Virus record (IMG/VR): IMGVR_UViG_3300042384_000211
Coordinates: 1-64,000 of that record
Reading direction: 5' to 3' (one strand)
DNA from: a virus
DNA length: 64,000 nucleotides
In this document: piece by piece, positions 27,826 to 37,941 of the stretch
Position numbering within the stretch: the first letter of the stretch is position 1
Layout of the letters: every line of letters begins with the position of its first letter
Translations under genes and position numbers: made by a program
Notes under the pieces: generated by a model
What the model was told of the DNA's origin: nothing
What the model saw: only the letters and a program-made list of their open reading frames with translations
The model's database searches: none

Positions 27826-28041
27826 TTATCTCCGATAGACAATCCGTGCTTTACTAAGATCATAAGGAGACATTTCAATATCTACTCGATCACCTTGAAT
27901 AATTTTGATAGTAAACTTACGTAACTTTCCACCAATATACGCTGTTACCATGTGGTTGTTTTCTAATTTAACCCTGAACATGGAATTGCCTAATACTTCT
28001 TCAACAACACCTGCCATTTTTATTACTTCTTCTTTTGCCAA
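27826..28041 (-). CDS. infA: Translation initiation factor IF-1
   Basis: MAKEEVI..G.V.E.L, GK.RK..I.I..GD.V..EMSPYDL.KARI.YR. Confidence 0.92.
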   Translation of the reverse strand: MAKEEVIKMAGVVEEVLGNSMFRVKLENNHMVTAYIGGKLRKFTIKIIQGDRVDIEMSPYDLSKARIVYRR

Positions 28042-28059
28042 AACCCTTCCTCTAATACA

Positions 28060-28329
28060 CTATTTAGTTGCTAGTGTATTCCACATTAACCATTGTTTGA
28101 ATGCTGTATACACTTGTTCTGCTTCTTTGGCATCTGCGTCTACTTTTACTCCTCGCACGTAGAACCCGTCTTGAGCTATACGTAGCATTTCACTATTTTC
28201 GCCAGCACCGCTGTTAAATGTAATAATGTCATTGTACGTAGTTTTAGTATTGTAGAATGCTTCATCCCATTCATCTTTGACTATGGTTTTATATTCATCT
28301 TCCCAATACCATTGCTGTTCTTCACCCAT
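28060..28329 (-). CDS. Hypothetical protein; probable start MGEEQQW
   Basis: ORF-track frame 28060-28377, trimmed to the start that overlaps the upstream stop. Confidence 0.55.
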   Translation of the reverse strand: MGEEQQWYWEDEYKTIVKDEWDEAFYNTKTTYNDIITFNSGAGENSEMLRIAQDGFYVRGVKVDADAKEAEQVYTAFKQWLMWNTLATK

Positions 28330-28507
28330 TAGTTTCTCTCCACGGACCATTGGCACCGGCCCAATCTTGTATGTCATAACTCCAGACCATCAACCGATTA
28401 TACACAGGATATAACCACCACCAATCAATATAGTGCATAGGTTTACTCACTAGATCACCTAACCAGTATAGTACCCAACTTACTACATAACCTATAAACT
28501 TTTTCAT
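28322..28507 (-). CDS. Hypothetical Trp-rich small protein
   Basis: 61 aa, coupled. Confidence 0.6.
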   Translation of the reverse strand: MKKFIGYVVSWVLYWLGDLVSKPMHYIDWWWLYPVYNRLMVWSYDIQDWAGANGPWRETNG

Positions 28508-28902
28508 TATCCACGTCTCATTTTACTAATATCAATAGCATCTTCCTGACGGAATACAGGAATACCATTTGACTTATGTAAGACACTTACACCTAACATA
28601 GCATCACCTGTGTAGACTTTGTCTGCTGGACGAGCCGCTAGACCTTGCCCAGTATCCAAGCTAGGAATATGGCGGGTACTGCGCTTAGGATCATTGAAAG
28701 GAGAATAACCACTAGTTGTAGCCACTCGGGCAGTTGGTCGTACTTTGGTAACTTCATCTTTTATCTCGTATTTGTCTAACAGTGCTCTCCACGATTCAGC
28801 ATTCTGACGTGCCTTATTTGCTGCAGCAGCGGTACGATGTTTCTGTTTACCTTTACGTTTACCTGTGGTAGTAAGATAAGGACCAACCATATGCATTGTC
28901 AT
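28507..28902 (-). CDS. Hypothetical basic phage protein
   Basis: C-terminal YTG..MLG...LHKSN..PVF......DISKMRR motif. Confidence 0.7.
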   Translation of the reverse strand: MTMHMVGPYLTTTGKRKGKQKHRTAAAANKARQNAESWRALLDKYEIKDEVTKVRPTARVATTSGYSPFNDPKRSTRHIPSLDTGQGLAARPADKVYTGDAMLGVSVLHKSNGIPVFRQEDAIDISKMRRG

Positions 28903-28924
28903 ATTTTTTCCTTGCTACCTAATA

Positions 28925-29113
28925 TTATTCTTCTATATCTTCGTCGTCGGTTAATTGATCAACCATATCACACATTGAACTAAAACACCACGGACAAAAC
29001 GCAACAGGCAACATACCAAAGTGACCTAACACTCCACCTTCGTCATCTGTGAATTCGCTTGAACAAACATTACACTTATGTTCTTCACCAACATGATCAA
29101 ATCCAACTATCAT
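28925..29113 (-). CDS. Small zinc-ribbon-like protein
   Basis: CxxC...CxxC. Confidence 0.6.
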   Translation of the reverse strand: MIVGFDHVGEEHKCNVCSSEFTDDEGGVLGHFGMLPVAFCPWCFSSMCDMVDQLTDDEDIEE

Positions 29114-29307
29114 ACGTTAGTACCTGCGGTTGCAATTAAGTCTCGCTTAATCATGTTGTATGCAGTGCGCTCTTGTTTGTCCAAGTCATCCCAATTCTTT
29201 TCCATGCTGTCTAACGCACCCCAAAGATTGCGCTGTCCGTATGCTTCGCCTGCCCACTGTACAATGCTGTATGCTTGTTCAATATCCATATACACAGGTG
29301 TGCTCAT
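29110..29307 (-). CDS. Hypothetical protein
   Basis: 65 aa, downstream of a sigma70 promoter. Confidence 0.65.
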   Translation of the reverse strand: MSTPVYMDIEQAYSIVQWAGEAYGQRNLWGALDSMEKNWDDLDKQERTAYNMIKRDLIATAGTNV

Positions 29308-29339
29308 AATTAGTACCTTTCTTAATTATCAATACAAGT

Positions 29340-29368
29340 ATTATACAGTAAAATCAGTTAGTTGTCAA
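29340..29368 (-). promoter_or_regulatory. Sigma70-type early promoter
   Basis: TTGACA-17-TATAAT. Confidence 0.75.
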
Positions 29369-29676
29369 GTGTTAATATAGCGTAGTAATGACTTGCCAGG
29401 AAACATTGCTTCAGCTGTGGTCCATAGTGCTTCTTCTGTGTCGGCTTGGCAGATAAATGCATGTGTTACAGCATCATACATCATCACCCGATCCTCTACA
29501 ACTTCAACACTGACTAATTTAACTGTTGAAATATCGGGTTGGGTCGAAGGTTTAATTTTAGCAACTTCTTTTCGATAGTTAGAATAAAATTTAACAATAA
29601 AGAATGTTGTAAACAGTACACAAAATGTAATATATCCTGTTATTATTATATTAAGTATTGATATTATTAAGTCCAT
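29365..29676 (-). CDS. Hypothetical membrane-anchored protein
   Basis: N-terminal TM segment. Confidence 0.6.
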   Translation of the reverse strand: MDLIISILNIIITGYITFCVLFTTFFIVKFYSNYRKEVAKIKPSTQPDISTVKLVSVEVVEDRVMMYDAVTHAFICQADTEEALWTTAEAMFPGKSLLRYINT

Positions 29677-30494
29677 AACGATTTCCTTAATTTAACTAAC
29701 CGAATTAACATAGCTTCATCTTCTGAATCGTACTGTTTTTCAAGACGATCCATGGCATCTAAGATAGCTTTACTACGTTTTTTATCTTTCTTACTTTCAT
29801 TACCAAAGATCCAATCTTCCCCTTCTTTGACTCTAGTGTCTTCACAGTATTGTGTCCAACCACAGTAGTCATAGGCATCAGCACGTTGTGGACGAACATG
29901 TTTCCACCAGTAGTATAATTCCCATTTTTCTTTAGCGGCTTCTGCTTGCGGTGTGGGTTTACCGTATAATGGATCTTTCTTCTTTGTCCATTCGTCGTTG
30001 TACTTAAGAGTCATTTCCCACTCTAAGTGCGCAATAGATGCTTCTGGACAGCGCCACTCTGCAAACCAACGAGTGTACCACTGTGCTCTCCACCATGGCA
30101 TACGATATTTTGCACGTTCTTCTTTACTGCCCCAACACACATGACTCCATGCTGTTTCAATTTCGATAAAGTCAACAAAACTGTCAAAAGATGAATGTAG
30201 TAAGCGTTCTTCAAACTCGTGCCATTGCCCACGTTTAAGTCTGCTGGTAAGTGCGTGTGTTCGAGTAGTGTAGCGATTGTTTAGGTAGTAGCGTACATCG
30301 TTAATACGTTCTGGAATATAGCACCAAACATCTTGCGCCCGGCTCAATGCTGTTTCTACTAACCAATAGCGAAATGGATGGGTAGTTTTGGCTAACTTTG
30401 TCCAAGCATTCCATTCTTCGCCTGTGCCACTGTCGATACTTTTTGTGCCGCGAAGCCAATCCGCAAACTTCCCAATTGTCCAATAATTTCTCAT
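29667..30494 (-). CDS. Hypothetical Trp-rich phage protein
   Basis: 275 aa; ends EDEAMLIRLVKLRKSLWT. Confidence 0.75.
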   Translation of the reverse strand: MRNYWTIGKFADWLRGTKSIDSGTGEEWNAWTKLAKTTHPFRYWLVETALSRAQDVWCYIPERINDVRYYLNNRYTTRTHALTSRLKRGQWHEFEERLLHSSFDSFVDFIEIETAWSHVCWGSKEERAKYRMPWWRAQWYTRWFAEWRCPEASIAHLEWEMTLKYNDEWTKKKDPLYGKPTPQAEAAKEKWELYYWWKHVRPQRADAYDYCGWTQYCEDTRVKEGEDWIFGNESKKDKKRSKAILDAMDRLEKQYDSEDEAMLIRLVKLRKSLWT

Positions 30495-30501
30495 ATTATT
30501 C

Positions 30502-30747
30502 CTAGTGTGCTAACACTGCCATTAAATGTATCTGCGGATCGTTAAATTCAAATTTATAATGTAGTGGACTCATCGACAACATTTTTAAATTCCACTCATT
30601 GTTATTTAAGTTTTTTTGACACCAATCAATACATTTGGCAGTACGGGCAACATCACTGTATATATCAATCTTGTGAGTCATTTTCGGTACCGTGTAGTAA
30701 TGCTTCGAGTGTTTTGTAGTGATCGAATGCCTGCTGTAATGCTTCAT
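30502..30747 (-). CDS. Hypothetical protein; true start probably near 30681
   Basis: ORF track; fills the gap in the minus-strand run. Confidence 0.45.
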   Translation of the reverse strand: MKHYSRHSITTKHSKHYYTVPKMTHKIDIYSDVARTAKCIDWCQKNLNNNEWNLKMLSMSPLHYKFEFNDPQIHLMAVLAH

Positions 30748-31054
30748 ACTTGGCTAACAATTCAGGTTTAGGTTCAAGTATGCTAAGACGTTGCTCTACT
30801 TTCTGCATCCATGTTACCATACTTTTATCACCAATCACAATATCTGGCTCAAATCCCTCTAGATGCAGCTGACCGTTGGTAGTTATTTTGGATGATGTTG
30901 AGTTAGCCCAATTAGTACTAGCACCACCGGACATTAACCCACTACTTGAATTACCTGCGCCGGCTACACTAACAGTACTAGTGCCAGCGCCTAATGTTAC
31001 ATTGCTGTAACTACCTGCGCCCGAAGTACTGCTAGCCGGAATATAAACTGCCAC
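30665..31054 (-). CDS. Hypothetical protein
   Basis: Ser/Gly-rich N-terminus and helical C-terminus. Confidence 0.65.
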   Translation of the reverse strand: MAVYIPASSTSGAGSYSNVTLGAGTSTVSVAGAGNSSSGLMSGGASTNWANSTSSKITTNGQLHLEGFEPDIVIGDKSMVTWMQKVEQRLSILEPKPELLAKYEALQQAFDHYKTLEALLHGTENDSQD

Positions 31055-31209
31055 TAGTTTTTACCTTTGCAATCACAGTTACGGCCTTGATTACAGTTGC
31101 CCGTACAATTAGTGTCAACCTCGCTGCCGTGTGGCCCAAACACCATATAAACTAAACCTAAACCAATTGCCGCAAGTACAGCCATCGCTAATATTAAGTA
31201 TTCTAACAT
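31054..31209 (-). CDS. Small membrane protein with a Cys-rich tail; start MLEYLIL
   Basis: TM segment plus CTGNCNQGRNCDC. Confidence 0.6.
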   Translation of the reverse strand: MLEYLILAMAVLAAIGLGLVYMVFGPHGSEVDTNCTGNCNQGRNCDCKGKN

Positions 31210-31210
31210 A

Positions 31211-31915
31211 TTAATCTTCCTCCTCGTCATCATTGTAGTCATCTTCGTCACGTTCTTCGCCTTGATAGACTGGTTCTCCACCTACGATAATCCATTTGTT
31301 CTCACTCCACTTACCGTTGGTATCGTAGTCATTACCATCAATGTCTTCACCATCATATTGCACACCACTAGTAAGTTCCCAGCCATCCATGTCTTCATAT
31401 AATACACGTAGTTTACTAGGATCAAACGGAGCTTTGAGCTCAAATTCATTACCGAAGAACGTGCCCTTTTCACCCTGAGCACCCCAGAATACCACAGTAC
31501 CCGCAGGATAATCATTGATATACTTTTCATCAATACAATCACTTTCGGCTCCGTTGTCACTTAATGCACTACCTAGTGGACTAGTCCAAACCTCAGCACC
31601 AGTTTCATCATAGACTGTAATGTTGCTAGAGTCATCGAATGTAGCACCAGCCGTGTGCCCATCGCGATCACATTCATCCGGACTACCCGGGTCGAATGGA
31701 CGCATATCAAATGGAACATCGTCCCACATACGCTCTTCCCAACTACCAGCATACTGTTCAATGTCGATCTCTTTAGATTTGAAGAAATCGTAAATTTTAC
31801 GGTCAACACTGCCCCAATAGACTTCACCACCACGGCCCCAAATTTCCACACGATAGTTGCGTGGTGTAAATTTAAGTGTCTGCAATAACTCTTCTTTTTC
31901 TTGTTCAGTTGCCAT
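31211..31915 (-). CDS. Hypothetical acidic protein
   Basis: 234 aa, AGGAG SD. Confidence 0.75.
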   Translation of the reverse strand: MATEQEKEELLQTLKFTPRNYRVEIWGRGGEVYWGSVDRKIYDFFKSKEIDIEQYAGSWEERMWDDVPFDMRPFDPGSPDECDRDGHTAGATFDDSSNITVYDETGAEVWTSPLGSALSDNGAESDCIDEKYINDYPAGTVVFWGAQGEKGTFFGNEFELKAPFDPSKLRVLYEDMDGWELTSGVQYDGEDIDGNDYDTNGKWSENKWIIVGGEPVYQGEERDEDDYNDDEEED

Positions 31916-31918
31916 TGT

Positions 31919-32173
31919 CTACTCCTTAAATTGATACTTAATTAAGCCATTATCATCACTGCCATATTTCTTATTGGCTTTTTGCAGGGCATTGATACCA
32001 CCTACAAGATCTTGCAGATATTCGCTGTCGATGTGAAACTCTTGATCATCTTCACAGTCAATTAGTCCTTGATCAATAAATGAACGTAGACTTTCTATCA
32101 AGTTTACCATATCTTCCTTGTCAAGGTGTTCTTGAACTAATCGGTCAAATACAAATATAACGCGATTTCCCAT
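31919..32173 (-). CDS. Hypothetical protein
   Basis: 84 aa, coupled. Confidence 0.65.
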   Translation of the reverse strand: MGNRVIFVFDRLVQEHLDKEDMVNLIESLRSFIDQGLIDCEDDQEFHIDSEYLQDLVGGINALQKANKKYGSDDNGLIKYQFKE

Positions 32174-32403
32174 TATACTGTCTTTCCTAAAACGCTGTAG
32201 ATCAGCTGATTTACTAATTGATCGTAAGGTTGACCGCGCACATGTTTAGCCAAATAAATTTCATTAACTAAATCAACAGCGTTCGCTGAGTCAACGTGAG
32301 CAGGCATCGATTCTTTGCGACTTTTAAGCTCTTCAACTAAATCTTCAGTGTTAAAATCATCTAAGTCAACCCAACCACTTTCTTCAATAGTTACATATGG
32401 CAT
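32173..32403 (-). CDS. Hypothetical protein
   Basis: 76 aa, AAGGAG SD. Confidence 0.7.
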   Translation of the reverse strand: MPYVTIEESGWVDLDDFNTEDLVEELKSRKESMPAHVDSANAVDLVNEIYLAKHVRGQPYDQLVNQLIYSVLGKTV

Positions 32404-32417
32404 GATAACTCCTTAAA

Positions 32418-32786
32418 TTATTTAACTCGATTATAAATATCTACAGGAAAACAATTATTACTACTAGTATCAACTACTATAGATAGACCGCTGTTAGTTA
32501 CTTTAAGCTGGTAATCAGTTCCAAAAAATTCGTTTCCTGTAGCTGAAATAGTAGGAACATTTTCATTTTTTATACAAAGACTTGATACAAATACGTCTTC
32601 GCCGCGATGCCCTACGGTCTTAAAAATGTAGTTATTAGTTTTAGATTTCCACACACCATCATAAATTCCTCTAACAACAAATTCTTTAGGAATAGGTTGA
32701 TAGTCAGCTGAATAGGCTTGTCCTATTACAATAGTTAAAATCGTTAACGAAAATAATATACGCTTTAACATAAACATATTATACAC
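32418..32786 (-). CDS. Hypothetical secreted protein
   Basis: Signal-peptide-like N-terminus. Confidence 0.55.
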   Translation of the reverse strand: MYNMFMLKRILFSLTILTIVIGQAYSADYQPIPKEFVVRGIYDGVWKSKTNNYIFKTVGHRGEDVFVSSLCIKNENVPTISATGNEFFGTDYQLKVTNSGLSIVVDTSSNNCFPVDIYNRVK

Positions 32787-33223
32787 TAAAACATTTCTTC
32801 TGTCAAGTACTCAGCGTATACACGATCAACAGCATCGTTCAATTGGTCCAAACTAATGCCGTGTTCTTCATAACCATCTGCTACCATATTGTAGTAGCTA
32901 TTACTTGGTAAGCTAAGTTGCTCATCTGGATACATTAAGTAGGTCATAGCAGTATGAGTCACACCATCAATTAATACTGTGACCAACTGTTTAGTGTAGA
33001 ACTTTGGAAATCCTTCTAAACGGTCTAATGCCTGTTCGCAGTCTTTGGTAATTTCCCAACCCACACCTAAGGTAAAATTGCCCGTATCAGGAACCACAGT
33101 GGCAAACTGCTTAAACTCAAAGCGAAAGTCTGGTAACACCGCGGCACCTAAACTTTGAGCTTTAGGGCAACGAAATCTCATCTCTTCTAAATTGGTATTC
33201 ATACCATATGCTAGATATTTCAT
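32786..33223 (-). CDS. Gamma-glutamylcyclotransferase-like (AIG2-like) protein
   Basis: YLAYGMN, RCP and LDRLEGFP..Y motifs. Confidence 0.8.
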   Translation of the reverse strand: MKYLAYGMNTNLEEMRFRCPKAQSLGAAVLPDFRFEFKQFATVVPDTGNFTLGVGWEITKDCEQALDRLEGFPKFYTKQLVTVLIDGVTHTAMTYLMYPDEQLSLPSNSYYNMVADGYEEHGISLDQLNDAVDRVYAEYLTEEMF

Positions 33224-33810
33224 AATTTAAGTGTACCGCCTTTTGCCTGTGTGTAAAAAATATGACGTCCTACTTTGGTAGTGCGTTTTGTATGGTCTGC
33301 CCAATATGGGTCTTTGATATAGTCTGCATGGTAGAATAAACTGGTTTTAAGTGTTGGAATTCTAATGCCTTGATCTAATACCTCTGCTGCTACCTGCCGA
33401 CTTTCGACCCAATTAGCACCAGTATTCTGCAACCAAGCACGTCGTTTGACTCGAGTCCATGAAAACTGTGCAGGAGCATAAACTACTTTACAAATATCTC
33501 GCCCCCAATAGCCAGTGCGCGAACGATTTAGTGTAACCTGTGCTACTGCTATTTTACCTAACTTATCCTCTACTCCGGCTTCATAGTAGATGTTGCGTGC
33601 TAAACAGTCAAACTCCTGTTTAGAGTATTTAATTACTGCACGATCTTGTTCTACAATCACTGCTTGTTTAATATCTTGAACATCTTCTGCGATGGCCACT
33701 ACTGCATCTTCTATCACTGCTATGCGCTCATCAGTGATCCATTGATGATATAGAACCTGTGCTACAAATATTGCCACTCCTGCTGCTAAATACTTTTGAT
33801 TTAATGTCAT
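33220..33810 (-). CDS. SleB-like cell wall hydrolase (Hydrolase_2)
   Basis: CLARNIYYEAG.E...GKIAVAQV..NR, QFSW, YHADY and GRHIFY motifs. Confidence 0.85.
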   Translation of the reverse strand: MTLNQKYLAAGVAIFVAQVLYHQWITDERIAVIEDAVVAIAEDVQDIKQAVIVEQDRAVIKYSKQEFDCLARNIYYEAGVEDKLGKIAVAQVTLNRSRTGYWGRDICKVVYAPAQFSWTRVKRRAWLQNTGANWVESRQVAAEVLDQGIRIPTLKTSLFYHADYIKDPYWADHTKRTTKVGRHIFYTQAKGGTLKL

Positions 33811-33843
33811 TATTAGCTTTCTTAACTGTTTAAGACAAGTACT

Positions 33844-33872
33844 ATTATACTATCGTGTTATCAAAAAGTCAA
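33844..33872 (-). promoter_or_regulatory. Sigma70-type promoter
   Basis: TTGACT-17-TATAAT. Confidence 0.65.
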
Positions 33873-33909
33873 TCAAATTTGATAAATATTTGATATAGGA
33901 ACAAACAAG

Positions 33910-34365
33910 ATGTCAGCAAAAATTATACAAACTATGGTCAGACCTAATTTGGAAAGTATATTTTTTAGAGAATTACGTGACGATTTTCTATTAAACAAAA
34001 ATATAGATTTTCAGGACGATAGATTATTTGTTCAACCAGAATTACGTGAGTGGCTTGAGGAAATTTCATTAGATGAGATTTATCTTCGACAAGATGAACT
34101 AAGACCGGATTTACGATTAATAATTGCAGATATCAAAAATAATGAAAATTTCGATGAGTTAGTTCCTGACTTCAATCCCTTTTCGTTAACTGACACAAGA
34201 ATACAACTATTTAATTCAGAATCTGATATGCGACTATCGGGACGAATACTTAAATGCATTCCGATAATATCGGAATGCATCGATGACATAAGAAAATTAG
34301 AAAATACTATAACGTTACAATTTTTTATCGACGATCAATTAATAGAAACTATTGAGTTTAAATAA
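33910..34365 (+). CDS. Hypothetical protein (AT-rich, opposite strand)
   Basis: 151 aa; TAAATA and AGGA upstream; ends at a bidirectional terminator. Confidence 0.65.
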   Translation: MSAKIIQTMVRPNLESIFFRELRDDFLLNKNIDFQDDRLFVQPELREWLEEISLDEIYLRQDELRPDLRLIIADIKNNENFDELVPDFNPFSLTDTRIQLFNSESDMRLSGRILKCIPIISECIDDIRKLENTITLQFFIDDQLIETIEFK

Positions 34366-34388
34366 AAAAGCCCCGCAAGGGGCTTTTT
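34364..34388. terminator. Bidirectional intrinsic terminator
   Basis: AAAAAAGCCCC-GCAA-GGGGCTTTTT between convergent genes. Confidence 0.85.
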
Positions 34389-34412
34389 ATGGGTCTGTAG
34401 ACTTACTGCTGA

Positions 34413-34661
34413 TTAAGCAATAAATGCGCGAGCACGTGAACCGTTAACATCACGAGCAGTCACAGTGTACGCAGTTTTACCTGTTGTGTTCACTGTAGTT
34501 TTAACATTCAAACCACATTTACGGAACTCTGACATACGAGCTGGTAAGTTTTTAATACCATAGTTAGCCGACGCTTGAGCTGCAGTTAAAGTCTTACCTG
34601 TACCACGTAAATACTTTTCTAAGAATGCTACTTGATTTGTTACTTTAGCTAAATTTGCCAT
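34413..34661 (-). CDS. Small winged-HTH-like DNA-binding protein
   Basis: LTAAQA..NYGIKNL.ARMSE.R..GL pattern. Confidence 0.55.
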   Translation of the reverse strand: MANLAKVTNQVAFLEKYLRGTGKTLTAAQASANYGIKNLPARMSEFRKCGLNVKTTVNTTGKTAYTVTARDVNGSRARAFIA

Positions 34662-34718
34662 TAGTTATTTCTCCATAACGATTAATAAAAGTTTTGCTTA
34701 AACCTTAAGCATGTGTAC

Positions 34719-34747
34719 ATTATATACTCAGATAATGACTTTGTCAA
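34719..34747 (-). promoter_or_regulatory. Sigma70-type promoter
   Basis: TTGACA-17-TATAAT. Confidence 0.75.
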
Positions 34748-34754
34748 CCACTTT

Positions 34755-35789
34755 TTAATCAAAATTTAACTTAAATTGATCTCGAAATTCTTGGCTTAAA
34801 AAGTATTCAGAATTTTGTTTTAATCTAGGTTTAATGCAATTGTATAATTCTACTAGATCCATCTCAACCAAACGATCCACTTGGATTAATGCTAATTGAA
34901 TGCGTTGTCGTGTATTCAATACTGAATCATAACCATGATCAATAATATCATCAAATGTATCTATACCAATATTTCTAAGAAATTGCACCGCACCTGGACT
35001 AGCAATTAACACAAATAGTTGTCCTGTTACAATAGGCTTAAATGTCTTTTCACTAAGCATACAGACATTATTGCTAATTGTAGTTTCTGTAACTAAATTT
35101 ACATATGATTCTAAGAATGCTGGGTGATTGACACTGATGTCAATTCCTTTAGTAGCATCTTCTGCTACGAAACTAACATTATCAGGTAAAGACTTATACG
35201 CTTCACGTTCTTCGTTGGTTAGTAATTCTCTAACGTGATGGTGAGGGTATGGGCGGTTACCAAAAGAAAATACTAGGTCTTTAAAATAAGGTTTATCTTT
35301 GAGATATAGATATGTTAATATTCTATGTTCATTTGTAGTACCATTTAAGCAACTAATTTTATGTTTTTTTATTTTGTTTGAAAATTGATGCCAAAACAAT
35401 TTAGGGTCATAAGAAAACGCCGTTGTATTTGGTGAACTTGTCCAGACCGCCCAAAAAGGAAAAAATCTAATCATAGGATCACATTGTGAATTTTTAAAAT
35501 AACTATAATCGCTAGTAATTACAAATGTTTTTTTAGATAGATTTAATTTCTTAATTTCTTCTAAAGCATTATCCGCTTTAAAAGTATTAACAGCACAATC
35601 AACTATTACATTAGTGATTTGAGGGTTGTTCTGAAGTATTTTTTCTAAATTTAAATCTTGATATGCAACATCTGAATTAAGTATAACTAAACTGTTATCA
35701 GGCAGAAATCTCATCCACAAATATTCTACATAATCAGTTTTTATGTCAATTATTGTGTGTATATTTTGTGTATCTAAACAATAGATCAT
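34755..35789 (-). CDS. Glycosyltransferase-like protein
   Basis: CLNG...HR, NLVTET, SEKTFKPI and GIDTFDDIIDHGYD motifs. Confidence 0.5.
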   Translation of the reverse strand: MIYCLDTQNIHTIIDIKTDYVEYLWMRFLPDNSLVILNSDVAYQDLNLEKILQNNPQITNVIVDCAVNTFKADNALEEIKKLNLSKKTFVITSDYSYFKNSQCDPMIRFFPFWAVWTSSPNTTAFSYDPKLFWHQFSNKIKKHKISCLNGTTNEHRILTYLYLKDKPYFKDLVFSFGNRPYPHHHVRELLTNEEREAYKSLPDNVSFVAEDATKGIDISVNHPAFLESYVNLVTETTISNNVCMLSEKTFKPIVTGQLFVLIASPGAVQFLRNIGIDTFDDIIDHGYDSVLNTRQRIQLALIQVDRLVEMDLVELYNCIKPRLKQNSEYFLSQEFRDQFKLNFD

Positions 35790-36115
35790 ACTGTGGTGGG
35801 CATACCTATCTGAATATTAATCTCAGTTACACTATCTACACGGAAACTGCGCCAAGCCTGTTTGTCTATACACCATACGCTAAGTGTAGCAGATTCCTTT
35901 TCAGTAGCTTCTTTAACCGGTGTTTTACGCTCATACGCAGGCACAAGGTCTGCTCTAAGGGTACAGGGCATAGTACGCACCTCACCGTTTACTTTGGTGA
36001 ATGTTACTTCGCATACACGGTCTCTTAATTTTCCTAACAATTCTTCTTTAGTCAGTTTCATACGATTCCTTTCGATTGATTTGGTAAATGCACCCATGCC
36101 CCATCCTAATAACAT
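35786..36115 (-). CDS. WYL-like SH3/Sm-fold protein; probable start MKLTKEE
   Basis: VTFTKVNGEVRTMPCTL...WRSFRVD. Confidence 0.65.
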   Translation of the reverse strand: MLLGWGMGAFTKSIERNRMKLTKEELLGKLRDRVCEVTFTKVNGEVRTMPCTLRADLVPAYERKTPVKEATEKESATLSVWCIDKQAWRSFRVDSVTEINIQIGMPTTV

Positions 36116-36564
36116 TATTCTGCCGTTCCTTTCAACGTCTCAAATGTAATTTCTTTGGCACGCTCGTCTAATGCTTTGCGTTCTAGTTCGGCTACAGTAC
36201 GCAATAGGTCCTGCATTAGATCAACAATAACCTCGCGGCCATCTGCTGTTAAATGACAATATTCACGCCCGACTGGACTACTGTGCCATAGTTTGGAGTT
36301 GGTAATTAATCCCTGTAATGCACCGTACACAACATCTTTATTAGCCTGCTGGGCTAGTTTGTAATTCTTTGTCATAATTGCGTCCTTAAACTTTAAATTA
36401 TACAAATCAAGTGACTTAGTTGGTTTTCTCAGTCGCTGGAGTCGTTGCCATAGTCGCACATATCGCCATAGTTTATCTAATAGTATCATGCTTACCCACA
36501 TAACACTTAATCCAACTGCTGTTACTAGAATTAGCCCCAATGTCGACCATAATCCACTGTACAT
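36115..36564 (-). CDS. Hypothetical membrane-anchored protein
   Basis: N-terminal TM segment; AGGAG SD. Confidence 0.6.
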   Translation of the reverse strand: MYSGLWSTLGLILVTAVGLSVMWVSMILLDKLWRYVRLWQRLQRLRKPTKSLDLYNLKFKDAIMTKNYKLAQQANKDVVYGALQGLITNSKLWHSSPVGREYCHLTADGREVIVDLMQDLLRTVAELERKALDERAKEITFETLKGTAE

Positions 36565-36594
36565 AATGTTCTCCTACATTACATTAATATACTA

Positions 36595-37941
36595 TCATTT
36601 AATGGCATTGTCAAATTGTTCGATAACTTTTGCTAAATCATCTGCTACTTTCTTGTCTGTTCTAAATTCAGCAAAGCGTGGTAGGAATAATGAATATTTT
36701 GTGTTGTTACCCGTTGGGGGCATAATGCTGTTGCCTTTAACTGTGACAATCGTACCTATTAATTTATCACGATTGTTATGTACTTCTAAACGTACTTCAT
36801 CTGTAAAGCCACTGATGTTTACTTCAAGTAAACCATCGCTTGATTGGCAAACAATAGAACCAAACGTTGCTTCGTTTTTACCATTGCCAGCATTAAATCC
36901 CATTATAACCAAATCAACGTCGATATCAAGTTTCATTTTAACTTGGTCTTTGCTGGTGGTATCTTTCCAAATACCTGTAGCATTTTTAATAATTGTACCT
37001 TCCATGCCAAGGTCTAACATTTCACGATAGTGAGCAAGTGCTTCTTCCATGTTGTGTACAATACGTGTGTCGATAAGCTCAATACATTCTGCTCGTAATG
37101 TTTGTATCGCTAATTCAGCAAAGCGAAGTTGATAAGGTACATTATAAGTACCTTTAGAAACTACTGAAGTTAGAGCTATTTGGTCCCATACTAGGTATAC
37201 AATCTCATCGTTTGACCCAATATCGCCACCTTTTTGTACCTTATTTAAGATACCATTGCCAATTTGACGTGGTAGAACTACACCATCACGTTTAACTAAC
37301 AATTCACCGTGTGACTGTGTACCTACTGGGAATGTTTTTTGTACGTCAGCAATTAAATGTGCAAAGTGTTGCTGTGGAAATAATGAACCTGCACGACTTA
37401 GAATTTGTACTTCGCCATCTGCTGTGTGATTTACATTGGCAAACATACCATCTGCTTTAAGCTGACTATAAACGCCATTTGCCCAACTAAACTCATCTAA
37501 CTTGGCAGCTTTTGGTAGTGCGCAACGCATATACGGAAACTCTGGAATTAAATTCTTCCATACTTTATTGGCTGTTGACTCACCGAAGCCAGCACGCAGG
37601 TCACGATCCACAACCTTAGCAATTACTTTTGCATTGTCTGCTGATACACATTCGAGTATAAGTTTAAGCTGATTAATACCAGCGGTGCCAGTAATTTGGC
37701 GTGTGCTTAACGTTTCTAATAACGAAAATGCTTCTGACATGGTCATGAAGTCAATGCGCATTTTAGTTTCGTACGGGGGGATTTTCTTAATGTAGAAGTT
37801 TACAGTTGGGTCGTAGGCAAGGCGAACAACTTCTTGTAATTCTCGATTGTCTTTATGCTGTGTAAGGATAGCAATTTTTGCATTCTTACTAGGTTCGTTA
37901 GCAACTTCTTCTAAAATAGCGTTTATCATGTATACACTCAT
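36595..37941 (-). CDS. lig: ATP-dependent DNA ligase
   Basis: Motif I QLKADG, GEL, EGTIIK, K.K, OB-fold and SLFLPRF..FRTDK. Confidence 0.9.
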   Translation of the reverse strand: MSVYMINAILEEVANEPSKNAKIAILTQHKDNRELQEVVRLAYDPTVNFYIKKIPPYETKMRIDFMTMSEAFSLLETLSTRQITGTAGINQLKLILECVSADNAKVIAKVVDRDLRAGFGESTANKVWKNLIPEFPYMRCALPKAAKLDEFSWANGVYSQLKADGMFANVNHTADGEVQILSRAGSLFPQQHFAHLIADVQKTFPVGTQSHGELLVKRDGVVLPRQIGNGILNKVQKGGDIGSNDEIVYLVWDQIALTSVVSKGTYNVPYQLRFAELAIQTLRAECIELIDTRIVHNMEEALAHYREMLDLGMEGTIIKNATGIWKDTTSKDQVKMKLDIDVDLVIMGFNAGNGKNEATFGSIVCQSSDGLLEVNISGFTDEVRLEVHNNRDKLIGTIVTVKGNSIMPPTGNNTKYSLFLPRFAEFRTDKKVADDLAKVIEQFDNAIK

